In this document: positions 18,966 to 28,702 of the stretch, in pieces
Layout: every line of letters begins with the position of its first letter
Position numbering within the stretch: position 1 is the stretch's first letter
From: a bacterium
GTDB taxonomy: Bacteria; CLD3; SB21
Length of the DNA stretch: 49,619 bases
Direction of reading: 5' to 3'
NCBI GenBank assembly: GCA_031402315.1
Contig: JANNSF010000248.1
Location: forward strand, 1 to 49,619
Program-made: the position numbers and the translations under genes
Notes under the pieces: generated by a model
Databases searched by the model: none
What the model was told of the DNA's origin: nothing
What the model saw: only the letters and a program-made list of their open reading frames with translations

Positions 18966-19954
18966 TACACTTTCCTTTTCATCGTTACGTCCGTTTGTAA
19001 ATCGGTTCCTAATTTGAATTTTTTCTGACCGAATTTTTCAAACCCCCACTTTGTATAGAACGCGATGGCCTTGGTATTAAGCTCCCACACCGCCAGCCAA
19101 AGCCATGCGGCGGATACTTCTCGCGATCGCTGAAGAGCGAACGACATTAGTTCGGTGCCTCCACCGGTACCGACGAATTTCTTTAGAACGTAAAGCCGGG
19201 ATACCTCAAGAGCGCTTTCTCCGTCCATGTTGGAATTGATTTCAAGCTTCATATAGCCCACCGGATGGTCTCGAAAGCACAGAAACCAAAATTCCGATTC
19301 TATCAATTCTTTTTCCAAGACATTTTCGGTCATCGCTTCTTCAAGATACATCAGCATATCTTCAGGCGTATTATCCTTGGCAAACGTTTCATAGAAGGTT
19401 TCCCGGCTGATTTGCGAAAGAGCCTCTATATCCGACTTCTCAACGCGCCGAATGGTAAAATTGATTTTGTCAACTTTTGAAATCGTATCCCAAGTCGAAA
19501 CGTACCCCTCATTTAATATGGAGGCGTAGAATCCGGCCGTGCCCCATTTCGGTGAAGTCGGATCATGCTGACCACATTGCGAGTCGAAAACCGCATTCGC
19601 TATATCCTCGCCAAAAACGGTGATCGTTTTACACGGCGCGCGGCGCTTAGTTATTCGAAATACCAAATCTTTACCGGCCTGAAAAATATCACCGTACCGT
19701 AGCGTTCGATAGTCGAAGCCGAGCGTTGTAAAATTTTCGCCAAGGGCGCCGGGATAGATGGCCAGGCCTTCCGATTTCAAACGATCAATATTTTCTTTAG
19801 AAATCATAAGGATCACTCGTTCCGGACCGCCATGGACGTGTTTATTTCGCCAATCGTCGCCAACCACGCGCTCGTAATTTACAAAAACGCCGTTAACCGG
19901 CATTTTTGGGACGCCGCCTTTGGAGATATTTATTTGAATCAATTGCCCGGTCAT
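18965..19954 (-). CDS. MOSC (YiiM-like) - GNAT (PaiA-like) fusion protein
   Basis: N-half: GGVPK, HVHGGPER, GALGENFT, RAPC, GFYASI. C-half: ETFYETFA..NTPEDM, LEVSRLYVL, WLAVWELN..AIAFY.KWGF. Confidence 0.85.
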   Translation of the reverse strand: MTGQLIQINISKGGVPKMPVNGVFVNYERVVGDDWRNKHVHGGPERVILMISKENIDRLKSEGLAIYPGALGENFTTLGFDYRTLRYGDIFQAGKDLVFRITKRRAPCKTITVFGEDIANAVFDSQCGQHDPTSPKWGTAGFYASILNEGYVSTWDTISKVDKINFTIRRVEKSDIEALSQISRETFYETFAKDNTPEDMLMYLEEAMTENVLEKELIESEFWFLCFRDHPVGYMKLEINSNMDGESALEVSRLYVLKKFVGTGGGTELMSFALQRSREVSAAWLWLAVWELNTKAIAFYTKWGFEKFGQKKFKLGTDLQTDVTMKRKV

Positions 19955-19955
19955 C

Positions 19956-21161
19956 TTACTTGCTCTGATTCAGTTCCATTGACACTTGCGCCACTTTTGT
20001 CCAGACACGCTTAATATTTTTCCAACCAATTTTTTCAATATCGTCTTTAGAATATCCTTTGCGAAGTAATTCAAAAATCAAATTCGGATACATCGAAACG
20101 TCTTTTAGGCCTTCCGGTAAGGAATTCCCTACGCCATCAAAATCGGAGCCCAATCCGACATGGTTGATACCAACCAACTTGACCACGTGATCAATATGGT
20201 CTGCGACATCGGTGACGTTTGCCAGTTTGATCGGATGATTTTTTCGATGCTCTTTCATGAATTCCAACACTTTCGGTTCTCCTGATTTTGCGCCAAATGC
20301 TTTCATGATTGAGTCTTCTACGGCGTCTTCGCTTCGAAAGGCCGCACGGTAGGAATTACCTAAAAAGGGCGAGCCAAAATTAATCATGATTACGCCGTCA
20401 TTTTTGCCGAGCAACGCGATCATACTGTCCGCCATATTACGCTGAAAACCCGGCGTGAAAAACCGGCAGGACGAGTGCGAGGCAATGGCCGGCGCTTTCG
20501 AGAGTTCCATCACCTGAAAGAACACTTCGTCGCTTACGTGCGAGATGTCGATCATGATTCCAACGCGATTCATTTCGCGAACAACTTCTTTTCCAAACGG
20601 GCTAAGCCCATGCCACGTGCGTGTCGTGTCGTAGGAGGAATCTCCAATATGGTTATCCCGTCCATGGGTCAGGGTGATGTAACGAATGCCCCGATCGTAA
20701 AAATATTTTACGTTTTCAATTTTTCCTTCGATCGGCGCCCCATTTTCCATACCCATACAAAAGCTGATTTTCTTGGCGGCAAAATTTGTTTCGACGTCCG
20801 CCGGTGTCCGCGCCAATGCAAATTTGTCCGGCGCATGTTTCACCCAAGACTCAACTCGTAAGATCAAGTTGTCGGCTGTTTGTTTGGCGACACCTAGTTT
20901 CTCATCCTCGGCCGGAACATAGATCGCCATGAAAGGCGCATCCAATCCGCCTTGACGCGCGCGTTCAAAATCGAAATTGCCATACGTCGTTTTAATAGAA
21001 ATGTCTTCGTCGTATTCACTAAGCCGGTAAGGCGTATCCACATGCCCATCCGCTATGATTATTTCCCGTGCCAACGACACGGATTCTTTTCGCAATTTTT
21101 CGGACGAGCCGCAGCCGATAGTAACCGCGACGGCCCATAGGAGAAACACTCTGATTTTCAT
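19956..21161 (-). CDS. Membrane (renal-type, M19) dipeptidase, lipoprotein
   Basis: Lipobox VTIGC; DGHVD, MENG, TLTH, DISHVS, ASHS, GLGSDFDG. Confidence 0.92.
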   Translation of the reverse strand: MKIRVFLLWAVAVTIGCGSSEKLRKESVSLAREIIIADGHVDTPYRLSEYDEDISIKTTYGNFDFERARQGGLDAPFMAIYVPAEDEKLGVAKQTADNLILRVESWVKHAPDKFALARTPADVETNFAAKKISFCMGMENGAPIEGKIENVKYFYDRGIRYITLTHGRDNHIGDSSYDTTRTWHGLSPFGKEVVREMNRVGIMIDISHVSDEVFFQVMELSKAPAIASHSSCRFFTPGFQRNMADSMIALLGKNDGVIMINFGSPFLGNSYRAAFRSEDAVEDSIMKAFGAKSGEPKVLEFMKEHRKNHPIKLANVTDVADHIDHVVKLVGINHVGLGSDFDGVGNSLPEGLKDVSMYPNLIFELLRKGYSKDDIEKIGWKNIKRVWTKVAQVSMELNQSK

Positions 21162-21212
21162 TTGTTGATTCCTTCGCCACCCGCGTGGCTGTTGATGTTA
21201 AATTTTTTGCGA

Positions 21213-22682
21213 TTAAGCATGGCTTTCCAATTCTTCCTGTCCGCATTCCCAAATTGCATTTAGAAGTTTATTGATGTGTTCGCGCTCTGTACGTGGATTG
21301 ATAATCGTTGTCCGAAGTAGTCTCTTTCCGGCAAATACCGTCGTGGTAATCCAAGCCTTCCCGGAACGATTGAGCCGCGTACGAACACGATAGTTAAAAT
21401 CGTCAATGGCTTCCGGCGATTGTCCGCGCATCTTGACCGGTATGTGACGAAAACACAGGATATTAGCGGCGGGCTTGTGCAGCGTTTCAAAGTCTTCCAT
21501 GGTTTGCATTTGCCGGTAGAGGTACGTCGTCATTTCCACACAATGTTCCTGCATGGAGGCAAAATATTTCGCGCCGTAGTGCTTCAGACAAAGCCACAGT
21601 TTTATCGCCTCCAGACTGCGTGAACATTGGATTGTACGTTCTCCGATATTGATGCATCCCAGATTGTCCGTCGTTTTGTGAAAAATATAGGGCGCGTTGA
21701 TTTTGAATGTTGCGTCAAGAGATTCGGTGCGCTTGAATAGAATCGTTGCAAAATTGAGCGGCATGAAAAGCATTTTATGCGGATCGAGGGCCACCGAATC
21801 CGCCAGCTCGATGCCTTTCAAAAGATGTTTAAGTTTTGGTGAAATGACAAACGAGCCTCCGTGCGCGCCGTCTATGTGAAGCCATAAATTCTCATCTTTG
21901 CAGACTTTACTAATCTTTTCAATTTCATCGAATTCACCCACCGGCGTACACCCCGCAGTGGCAATCACGGTGAAGGGGATTTTCCCTTCGCGCCGCGCCT
22001 GCGCAATGGCTTGTCGAAGCGCCGTCACGTCCATGTGAAAATGTTGTTCTTCAGGAATCTTGATCAGATTTTCTGTACCCAGACCCAAAATTCCAAAAGC
22101 GCGTTCGATGGAGTAGTGGCTGCGCGCTGAACAAAAACCAACCATCGGCGCATGAACTCCTTCTTTCCACGCTTCTCCGAATTTGGCTGTACGAGCCACA
22201 AGGATGCCGGTGAGATTCGCTTCGGTACCACCGGAGACGACCGTACCGTCAGAAAACGCGTCCCAACCGATGGCGTCGCACAGCCATCGAATTACACGTT
22301 TTTCAATCATCGTACCGGTTGGAGACATTTCTTGTATTGCAAGCCCCTGATTAACCGCGCTTGCAAGCAATTTTGCAAAAGAAGACAAAATCATGGGATG
22401 GCAAACCTGATGACCCATATACATCGGACTTGCCAGATTTTGTGCAAATTTCAGAAACGGGTCGCGAAGTAGCGATAGGGCTTCATCCAGAGGAATTCCA
22501 TCCTGCGGCATAGGTTCATCGTACAATGCGTACGCCGTTTCCGGATCAATGTACTCCACTACTTTTCCATCTTCGTTCTGAATGCGCTGCATGTATTCGG
22601 CAATCATATCGGAGAACTGATAACCGACTTTTCGAATTTCTTCCGGATCCGCCTTTTTGCGGTAGTCGTTAAATTTTTTCAT
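21213..22682 (-). CDS. Group II PLP-dependent amino acid decarboxylase
   Basis: YMGHQV, SGGTEANL, HYSI, ATAG.T..GEFD, WLHIDGAHGG, DSVALDPHK (PLP lysine). Confidence 0.92.
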   Translation of the reverse strand: MKKFNDYRKKADPEEIRKVGYQFSDMIAEYMQRIQNEDGKVVEYIDPETAYALYDEPMPQDGIPLDEALSLLRDPFLKFAQNLASPMYMGHQVCHPMILSSFAKLLASAVNQGLAIQEMSPTGTMIEKRVIRWLCDAIGWDAFSDGTVVSGGTEANLTGILVARTAKFGEAWKEGVHAPMVGFCSARSHYSIERAFGILGLGTENLIKIPEEQHFHMDVTALRQAIAQARREGKIPFTVIATAGCTPVGEFDEIEKISKVCKDENLWLHIDGAHGGSFVISPKLKHLLKGIELADSVALDPHKMLFMPLNFATILFKRTESLDATFKINAPYIFHKTTDNLGCINIGERTIQCSRSLEAIKLWLCLKHYGAKYFASMQEHCVEMTTYLYRQMQTMEDFETLHKPAANILCFRHIPVKMRGQSPEAIDDFNYRVRTRLNRSGKAWITTTVFAGKRLLRTTIINPRTEREHINKLLNAIWECGQEELESHA

Positions 22683-22719
22683 ATCACCTTCTGCTCATTT
22701 CGTCACTTTATAACAGCAA

Positions 22720-23172
22720 TTATTCTCTAAAATAGATTATCAAATCGGTTTCCGGCGGTTCACCGCCCGCCTTACGAATCTCCGCTACCACTTGCCCTCG
22801 ATGGTAAGTCGAGTGATTGATCACATGACTCACGATTTCTCCCACACGGTTAGTGAAAGACTTGCCTTTCAAATTTTTGTAGAGAACCTCAGACTTCAAT
22901 TTATCTTCCGTCAAAAACTCCGACCATAATTGATGCACACGCTCCATTTCAATATGGCAAGTTTCCAAATCCCAATCGTTCCAGACGTCTTTCAGACTTT
23001 TGGTGAAACCGTTGGAACGCTGGTACCAAAGATTTTGCGCCTGAATAATATGGGACATCAGTTGCAACGATCTCCCGCGCCCTTTCGTCAGTCCACGGAT
23101 CGCCTCAAGGACGCGACGATTGGCCCAAATGTCATAATTAAATAGTTCTAAGCTCTCCTTTAGTTTTGCCAT
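22720..23172 (-). CDS. DinB-family protein
   Basis: YDIWANRR, SHIIQA, HVINHSTYHRGQ. Confidence 0.92.
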   Translation of the reverse strand: MAKLKESLELFNYDIWANRRVLEAIRGLTKGRGRSLQLMSHIIQAQNLWYQRSNGFTKSLKDVWNDWDLETCHIEMERVHQLWSEFLTEDKLKSEVLYKNLKGKSFTNRVGEIVSHVINHSTYHRGQVVAEIRKAGGEPPETDLIIYFRE

Positions 23173-23293
23173 AAACCCTCTCTCCGTATTAATAGTTCTA
23201 GTTAATCGACTCTTAACTCTCCGGAATTAATCTCCTAATGAATCCGGATTAACTTGTGCGCGAATGAAGAATAAACCAAAAAAGGAGAATCTC

Positions 23294-23659
23294 ATGAAAA
23301 AAATCATTCTGCTCACCGCACTCTGTACGTCCTCATTACTGGCTTCGGACAATAGCGACAAAGTGCTGTCCAACGCGAAAAAGAATATTATTGCGACGCT
23401 CTGGGGCGTCAACGAAAATCTTCAGTTTCAAGCGATCCAGACACTTCGGGAATTGAAGTATCAGAATCCGGGTTTTAATGCCGAGGAAGCCTTGCCGGCT
23501 TTAATCAATATTCTCGAAGAACATCGCAATTACAGCGTTCGCATCATGGCTGCGCTGGCTATTGCCGAAATTGGTTCCGCGTCGCCCGCTTTAAAAGCGG
23601 CCGCTGACCGCGATTCCAACAAGACCGTCCGAAATATTTGTTCAGGGCTCTCGAAATAA
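23294..23659 (+). CDS. Secreted small HEAT-repeat protein
   Basis: AAGGAG RBS and ATG 23294, signal peptide MKKIILLTALCTSSLLA, HEAT-like ALPALINIL...VRIMAALAIAEIG. Confidence 0.7.
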   Translation: MKKIILLTALCTSSLLASDNSDKVLSNAKKNIIATLWGVNENLQFQAIQTLRELKYQNPGFNAEEALPALINILEEHRNYSVRIMAALAIAEIGSASPALKAAADRDSNKTVRNICSGLSK

Positions 23660-23686
23660 ATCTACCTGAACAGTCTTCCTTCTCGT

Positions 23687-23720
23687 GGGCGCGTTGCGTG
23701 TTACAACGCGTCCTTTTTTT
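23687..23720 (+). terminator. Intrinsic terminator
   Basis: GGGCGCGTTG-loop-CAACGCGTCC followed by T7. Confidence 0.8.
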
Positions 23721-23729
23721 CATCCGCGT

Positions 23730-25247
23730 CTAAATAAGCGGAGCAACCATACGCTCCTCCATGCGACCGACACGAATTTTATTCTTAATAATGTCGCTCA
23801 AAATTTTGATACCATCATAAATCTGATCGGGCGAAAGCGCTGTAAATCCAAGCCGCATCCCATTATCGTAATCGCTGCGCACAGCGAAAATACGTTTAGG
23901 CGTAAACAGGACTCCGTGCGCACGGGCCTCATTCAAAACTTCATAGGCATCAATACTCTTGGGCAATTCTATCCATTCAAACAACCCATTAAGCGGCGCC
24001 TCAAAGCGAACTCCGTCGGAAAAAAATTCACGGGACGCCTTGACCATCGCATCTCGCCGTCCGCGAAGAATTTTGAGTTTTTTCTTCAGGTAGCGATCAA
24101 AGAATCCATCCTGACAAAATTCCAGAATTGCGCCTTGAATCAAATAATTATTCTGCCAATCCGTGATACGTTTTGCATAAATCAATTTTTCCATAAATTC
24201 GGTATTCGTGGTGACGACCCACCCCAACCGAATTCCATGAAATAGAATTTTTGAAAAACTCCCAACCGCAATGACTACGCCTTGCGTATCCATCGCGGCA
24301 AGCGGCAGTACCTCCTCACCGTCGAGGCGTAATTCATTGGCGTATTGATCCTCCAGGATAGGAATTTCATGACGGGCTGCCAATTCGAGTAAGTGTTTTC
24401 GTCTTGCCATTGGCATGATACGACCCGTTGGATTTTGAAACGTCGGAATCGTGTAAATCATCTTGACTTTTTGGCGATGCAGGATTGTCTCCAGGATATC
24501 CGTTCGCATCCCGTGAGCATCCATCGGTACGCCGATGACATTCGCTCCCAACGCCCGAAAGGCGCGCGGTGCTCCGCGATAGGTTAAATCTTCCATGACC
24601 ACAGTGTCGCCGGGATTGATTAAGATACGTCCGATCAGATCAAGCCCTTGCTGAATTCCGCTCACAATCATAATTTCTTCATTATGCACGGTCATTCCAC
24701 GGCGCGTAAGGAATTTTGGAAGATAGTCCAAAAACGGTCCAAAGCCCCGTGTGTCACCCATTTCCAGCAGATCGACTCCGTACTTGTGGATCGCGTGGTA
24801 AGTACAGTTTTGAAAATCACGAAGTGGAAAAATGTTTTTATCCGGAACCACGGATGAAAACGCAATGATACCTTCCGGTCGATGCGAACACCGAACCATA
24901 TTCTCTATGCCAAGCAGGACGTCATCATCCGGCTGAGTCCAGCGCTCGGAATAAAGTCCGTCAAACGAAAACGGCTTAACGACCGTCGGACGTATCTTCC
25001 TTGCGATCGCATGCTGAGCCACAAATGTCCCACGTCCAATTTCTGAAGAAACCAGGCCTTTGATCTCCATTTCCTGATACGCCTGCACGACGGTGTTTCG
25101 ATGAACCTTCAACTGACGGGCCAGATCACGCGTCGCCGGCAATTTTTCACCCGCCTGCAATACACCCTGGCTAATCCACTCCGCGTATTTCGATTCGATC
25201 TGAATGTAGAGCGGAATGCCGTTGTCTTTGTTGATTTCAAAAATCAT
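23730..25247 (-). CDS. MocR/GabR-family transcription factor (GntR wHTH + PLP-binding aminotransferase-like domain)
   Basis: PLYIQI...LPATRDLARQLKVHRNTVVQAY; YTIPTFQNPTG, ILEDQY, GSFSKIL.HGIRLGW; GGAGG RBS before ATG 25247. Confidence 0.93.
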   Translation of the reverse strand: MIFEINKDNGIPLYIQIESKYAEWISQGVLQAGEKLPATRDLARQLKVHRNTVVQAYQEMEIKGLVSSEIGRGTFVAQHAIARKIRPTVVKPFSFDGLYSERWTQPDDDVLLGIENMVRCSHRPEGIIAFSSVVPDKNIFPLRDFQNCTYHAIHKYGVDLLEMGDTRGFGPFLDYLPKFLTRRGMTVHNEEIMIVSGIQQGLDLIGRILINPGDTVVMEDLTYRGAPRAFRALGANVIGVPMDAHGMRTDILETILHRQKVKMIYTIPTFQNPTGRIMPMARRKHLLELAARHEIPILEDQYANELRLDGEEVLPLAAMDTQGVVIAVGSFSKILFHGIRLGWVVTTNTEFMEKLIYAKRITDWQNNYLIQGAILEFCQDGFFDRYLKKKLKILRGRRDAMVKASREFFSDGVRFEAPLNGLFEWIELPKSIDAYEVLNEARAHGVLFTPKRIFAVRSDYDNGMRLGFTALSPDQIYDGIKILSDIIKNKIRVGRMEERMVAPLI

Positions 25248-25561
25248 ATTTTCCTCCGTTTCCACCAGCGACCGATCAACATATAGATGATGACACCGAG
25301 AATGTAAATGATGCCGCTGATATAATTATCGAAAAGAGCCAAGGTATCCGATGAAAGAATGCCGACAAGTCTAAGTCCCGTAAGCCCCATAACGATCAGT
25401 ACGATGGAGGCAATGATGTAGCCAAACGATTTGTGTTCGGTAAATTTTCCTTCGGACAATCCAATAAAGATTGCAACCAAAACGCCAAGGAAAAAGCCGG
25501 TCGCTACCAGCCCGGTAAAAACTGCAAAAGACGCCATTCCTGCAAACTCGATATCGGACAT
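25244..25561 (-). CDS. Small hypothetical membrane protein (about 3 TM)
   Basis: AGGAG RBS, three hydrophobic segments, basic tail, ATGA overlap with the MocR gene. Confidence 0.65.
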   Translation of the reverse strand: MSDIEFAGMASFAVFTGLVATGFFLGVLVAIFIGLSEGKFTEHKSFGYIIASIVLIVMGLTGLRLVGILSSDTLALFDNYISGIIYILGVIIYMLIGRWWKRRKI

Positions 25562-25569
25562 AAATCTCC

Positions 25570-26370
25570 TTAAGTTTCCTGGTCGGCGGCTTTTGGATTT
25601 CCCTTTTTGTTCATTTCAGGATATCCATGAATCCATCCCGCTCTTGAAAAGAGAGGCCTCACGACTGTTCTCGATCCGGCTTTCCAAATTGGGATAAGCG
25701 ACTGCCTCAACAAAATTAACGGATCTTCTTTTTTCACTTCTTTGTATTTAATTACACTCGACCAGGTTCCCAGATGCGAAAGAAGCTGTTCGAGGTTCCA
25801 CTCGTCACGACGAACAAAATTTAGAACACCAATTTCTTTAAAGGGAAAAGGGATCGTCGTGTATCGATCCTCAATAAAGCGACGTTCGACAGGCCAGAAC
25901 GGGCCAACCGTCTTCTCGTAGAAAGTTCTTATGATGGCGTCGATTTCTGAAGAAATAGAATACAGGTCATAACCAAAAACGACCAATACACATTCTCTTT
26001 TACCGACACGCCGGGCCTCTTCATAAAATTTTTCAAAATCAAACCAATGAACGGCCGTTGCCACCGTAATAAGATCGACGGATGAATTATCCAATCCGGA
26101 CGATTCGGCTTTCGCAATACGGTATTCGATCTTTTCATGACGGGTCGCGTTGGAAATTTGTTGTTCGCTGGCATCCGTTGCGATCATCCGATTGAAGTAA
26201 TCCGCCAGATCCAAAGCCGCTTGTCCATTTCCCGTGGCACAATCCCACGCCAGTTCGCGTTTCACAGCCAGCGAGACTATGTATTCCAAAAAAGGCTTCG
26301 GATAGCGAGGACGATTATCCGCATAGTCTTTTGCGGCGTCGGAAAAATGATCTTTAAAATCAGATGTCAT
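25570..26370 (-). CDS. Class I SAM-dependent methyltransferase
   Basis: FKDHFS..A.DY...RP.YP, AWDCATGNGQ, DLITVATAVHWF. Confidence 0.92.
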   Translation of the reverse strand: MTSDFKDHFSDAAKDYADNRPRYPKPFLEYIVSLAVKRELAWDCATGNGQAALDLADYFNRMIATDASEQQISNATRHEKIEYRIAKAESSGLDNSSVDLITVATAVHWFDFEKFYEEARRVGKRECVLVVFGYDLYSISSEIDAIIRTFYEKTVGPFWPVERRFIEDRYTTIPFPFKEIGVLNFVRRDEWNLEQLLSHLGTWSSVIKYKEVKKEDPLILLRQSLIPIWKAGSRTVVRPLFSRAGWIHGYPEMNKKGNPKAADQET

Positions 26371-27185
26371 ACCGTGATCGTTCCTACCGAAATGATGTTG
26401 ATTTTTTCACCGGCCCGAATGACTCCCGAGGTCTGTTCGCAAATCACATTTTGTCCAAACAAAACTTTGCCTTCTGTATTTTTTCTGTAAGAGGACAGCG
26501 TGCTCAGCGGTTCCTTGCCTGGCTCCGCCGTTTCCGGATCAACGGTTGTCAGAACGCATCGTGAGCAACGTTTAACGCCGTAGAACGTTATTTCACCCAT
26601 CTGTATGGTTTGCCAAGAGTCTTCCGCATAAGCTTCACAATGGGTCACAACCAGATTGGGACGAAAGCGCTCAATAACCATCGACGCTCTGACACGTTTA
26701 CTCAAATCATCTACCGATGCCGTGGACAACATCAAGAACGGATACGCATCCGCAAACGTAACCTGGGCATCACGAACCCGGTATTTGGCGTCCACCGGTC
26801 GCTTAAACTCCGCATGCATTTTGACAAGCCGGCAAGGCACGCCAAGGTATCTCGAGAACCACTCCGCCGCTTCTTCGCCGCAATCCATCGCTTCGCACAT
26901 ATCGTCCCAAGCAACAATGTTTGTAATGACGCTCTCTCGCCCGGGGACGCGCAGCGTGCGATGATTTGGAGCCTCGACAAGTAATTCCCCATCAACTATT
27001 CGCGGTTCAATTAGAACCATACGCGGAAATTCACGGGCTGTTCGCTGAACACCTTTTAGATCGGTAACAAGGTAGCGGCGATCATTTACAAGTCCATAGG
27101 CATCAATCGCGCACGTATCAAGTCGGTATCCTCTACACGATTTGATCGGATAGACAAAAATATCCTTTAGGAATGGGACGCTCAT
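26367..27185 (-). CDS. MOSC_N + MOSC protein (YcbX/mARC-like molybdoenzyme)
   Basis: YPIKSC, DRRY, FADAYP, RFRPNLVV, CSRC, FGQN. Confidence 0.92.
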   Translation of the reverse strand: MSVPFLKDIFVYPIKSCRGYRLDTCAIDAYGLVNDRRYLVTDLKGVQRTAREFPRMVLIEPRIVDGELLVEAPNHRTLRVPGRESVITNIVAWDDMCEAMDCGEEAAEWFSRYLGVPCRLVKMHAEFKRPVDAKYRVRDAQVTFADAYPFLMLSTASVDDLSKRVRASMVIERFRPNLVVTHCEAYAEDSWQTIQMGEITFYGVKRCSRCVLTTVDPETAEPGKEPLSTLSSYRKNTEGKVLFGQNVICEQTSGVIRAGEKINIISVGTITV

Positions 27186-27553
27186 TGAACCTCAAAAAAT
27201 GGAGCCAGAACAAGTTTGGCCTTTTCGAAATTTCCTTCTTTTACCAAAACGTAATCCGTATCAAACGTTGATATGGCAAATATCCCGATTTTAGCTTCGG
27301 CCAGCGGATCTAGTATTTGTTTTAAGATGCCGGTTAATGAAAAGTCATACTGACCCACAAGTTTGAAGCCCCTCCACCCTTTGTCGCATCGGAGGCCTTC
27401 CGGGATGCTCCGCTCGTTACAAACAATGCTGATTTCATCACGTGTCCTCGAGATCGTGCTAAATCCGGTTAACGCAGCCGCCCATTCCGGAATATTTTGA
27501 TCCGGTGGCAATTGACAAATACCCAATTTTTCTTCGAGTGAAATCAATGTCAT
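27182..27553 (-). CDS. ACT-domain protein (ACT_7 / CASTOR-like)
   Basis: SRTRDEISIVC, DFSLTGIL...PLAEAKIGIFAISTFDTDYVLVK. Confidence 0.88.
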   Translation of the reverse strand: MTLISLEEKLGICQLPPDQNIPEWAAALTGFSTISRTRDEISIVCNERSIPEGLRCDKGWRGFKLVGQYDFSLTGILKQILDPLAEAKIGIFAISTFDTDYVLVKEGNFEKAKLVLAPFFEVQ

Positions 27554-27565
27554 GTCGTTCTCTTT

Positions 27566-28702
27566 TTATTTCAACGCTGCACTCAAATCCCCAATCAAAT
27601 CGTCCAGATCCTCGATTCCGACTGAAAATCTGATTAGCGAATCTCTTATGCCTTGTCTTGCCCTTTCGTCGGCGCTCACCTTGGCATGGGAGGTACGCAC
27701 GGGCGAGCAAACCAGAGATTCGACTCCGCCCAGACTGACGGCCGGCTTGATATACTTTAGTTTTTTCATAAAATCTTCGGCCTCCCGCAGACCGCCTTTG
27801 ACCTCAAACGACATCATGCCTCCGAATCCTGTCATCTGATTCCTTGCCGTCTCATGCCCGGCGTGTTTCTCCAGACCGGGGTAGTACACGTGATTAACAC
27901 CCTGATGAGAAGACAGATACTTTGCAATAGCCATACCGTTGAGGTTATGCCTATCCATGCGTATGGCCAAGGTCTTCATGCTCCGTTCGAGGAGATAGCA
28001 GGCTTGAGCATCGAGGCTTCCTCCAAACCGATAGCCGCATTCCTTGATCTGCTGAATAAGCTTCTTGCTACCCGCGATCGCACCTGCGCACATGTCGCTG
28101 TGCCCACTCAGATATTTTGTGGCGCTGTGCATGACGATATCGATTCCAAGATCAATTGGTTTTTGATTGATCGGCGAGGCAAACGTATTGTCAATCGCGG
28201 TGGTGATGTTTTTTGCCCGCGCGATTTTCGCAACCGCCGCGACGTCCGTTATCTTTAAAAGCGGGTTGGATGGTGTTTCAATATAGATCAGCTTTGTATT
28301 TGGCCGTATGGCCTTCAAAAAATTATCCGATACGCTTGCATCGACAAACGAATATTCGATTCCGACTCTCTGGAATGTACTCTCGACGAGGTAGGTCGTG
28401 CCGCCATAAATGTCATTGGATAGAATCAAATGATCGCCCTTTTGCATAAGCGCCATGAAAATCGTCGTGATCGCCGCCATTCCAGAGCTGAAAACGAGCC
28501 CGTCTTCCGCATGTTCCAGGGCGGCCAATTTTTCGGCGACCGCATGCTGATTGGGTGTATTGTAATAGCGAGGATAACGAACCATATCCGTCTGTAGGTA
28601 TCCGATTGCACTGGACGTGAAGATAGGCGTGTTGATACCGCCGATGAATTCATCATGCACGGTGCCCGAATGAACTGAAATCGTACTGTCATTGCTCTTC
28701 AT
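27566..28702 (-). CDS. Cys/Met metabolism PLP enzyme (cystathionine beta/gamma-lyase or gamma-synthase family)
   Basis: FSSGMAAI, YGGT, ETPSNP, DNTFASP, HSATKYLSGHSD, SLGGVESL. Confidence 0.93.
   Translation of the reverse strand: MKSNDSTISVHSGTVHDEFIGGINTPIFTSSAIGYLQTDMVRYPRYYNTPNQHAVAEKLAALEHAEDGLVFSSGMAAITTIFMALMQKGDHLILSNDIYGGTTYLVESTFQRVGIEYSFVDASVSDNFLKAIRPNTKLIYIETPSNPLLKITDVAAVAKIARAKNITTAIDNTFASPINQKPIDLGIDIVMHSATKYLSGHSDMCAGAIAGSKKLIQQIKECGYRFGGSLDAQACYLLERSMKTLAIRMDRHNLNGMAIAKYLSSHQGVNHVYYPGLEKHAGHETARNQMTGFGGMMSFEVKGGLREAEDFMKKLKYIKPAVSLGGVESLVCSPVRTSHAKVSADERARQGIRDSLIRFSVGIEDLDDLIGDLSAALK

Noticed and set aside
21213-22682. Hydroxamate siderophore cluster
   Set aside because: No IucA/IucC synthetase or amine N-monooxygenase is nearby.
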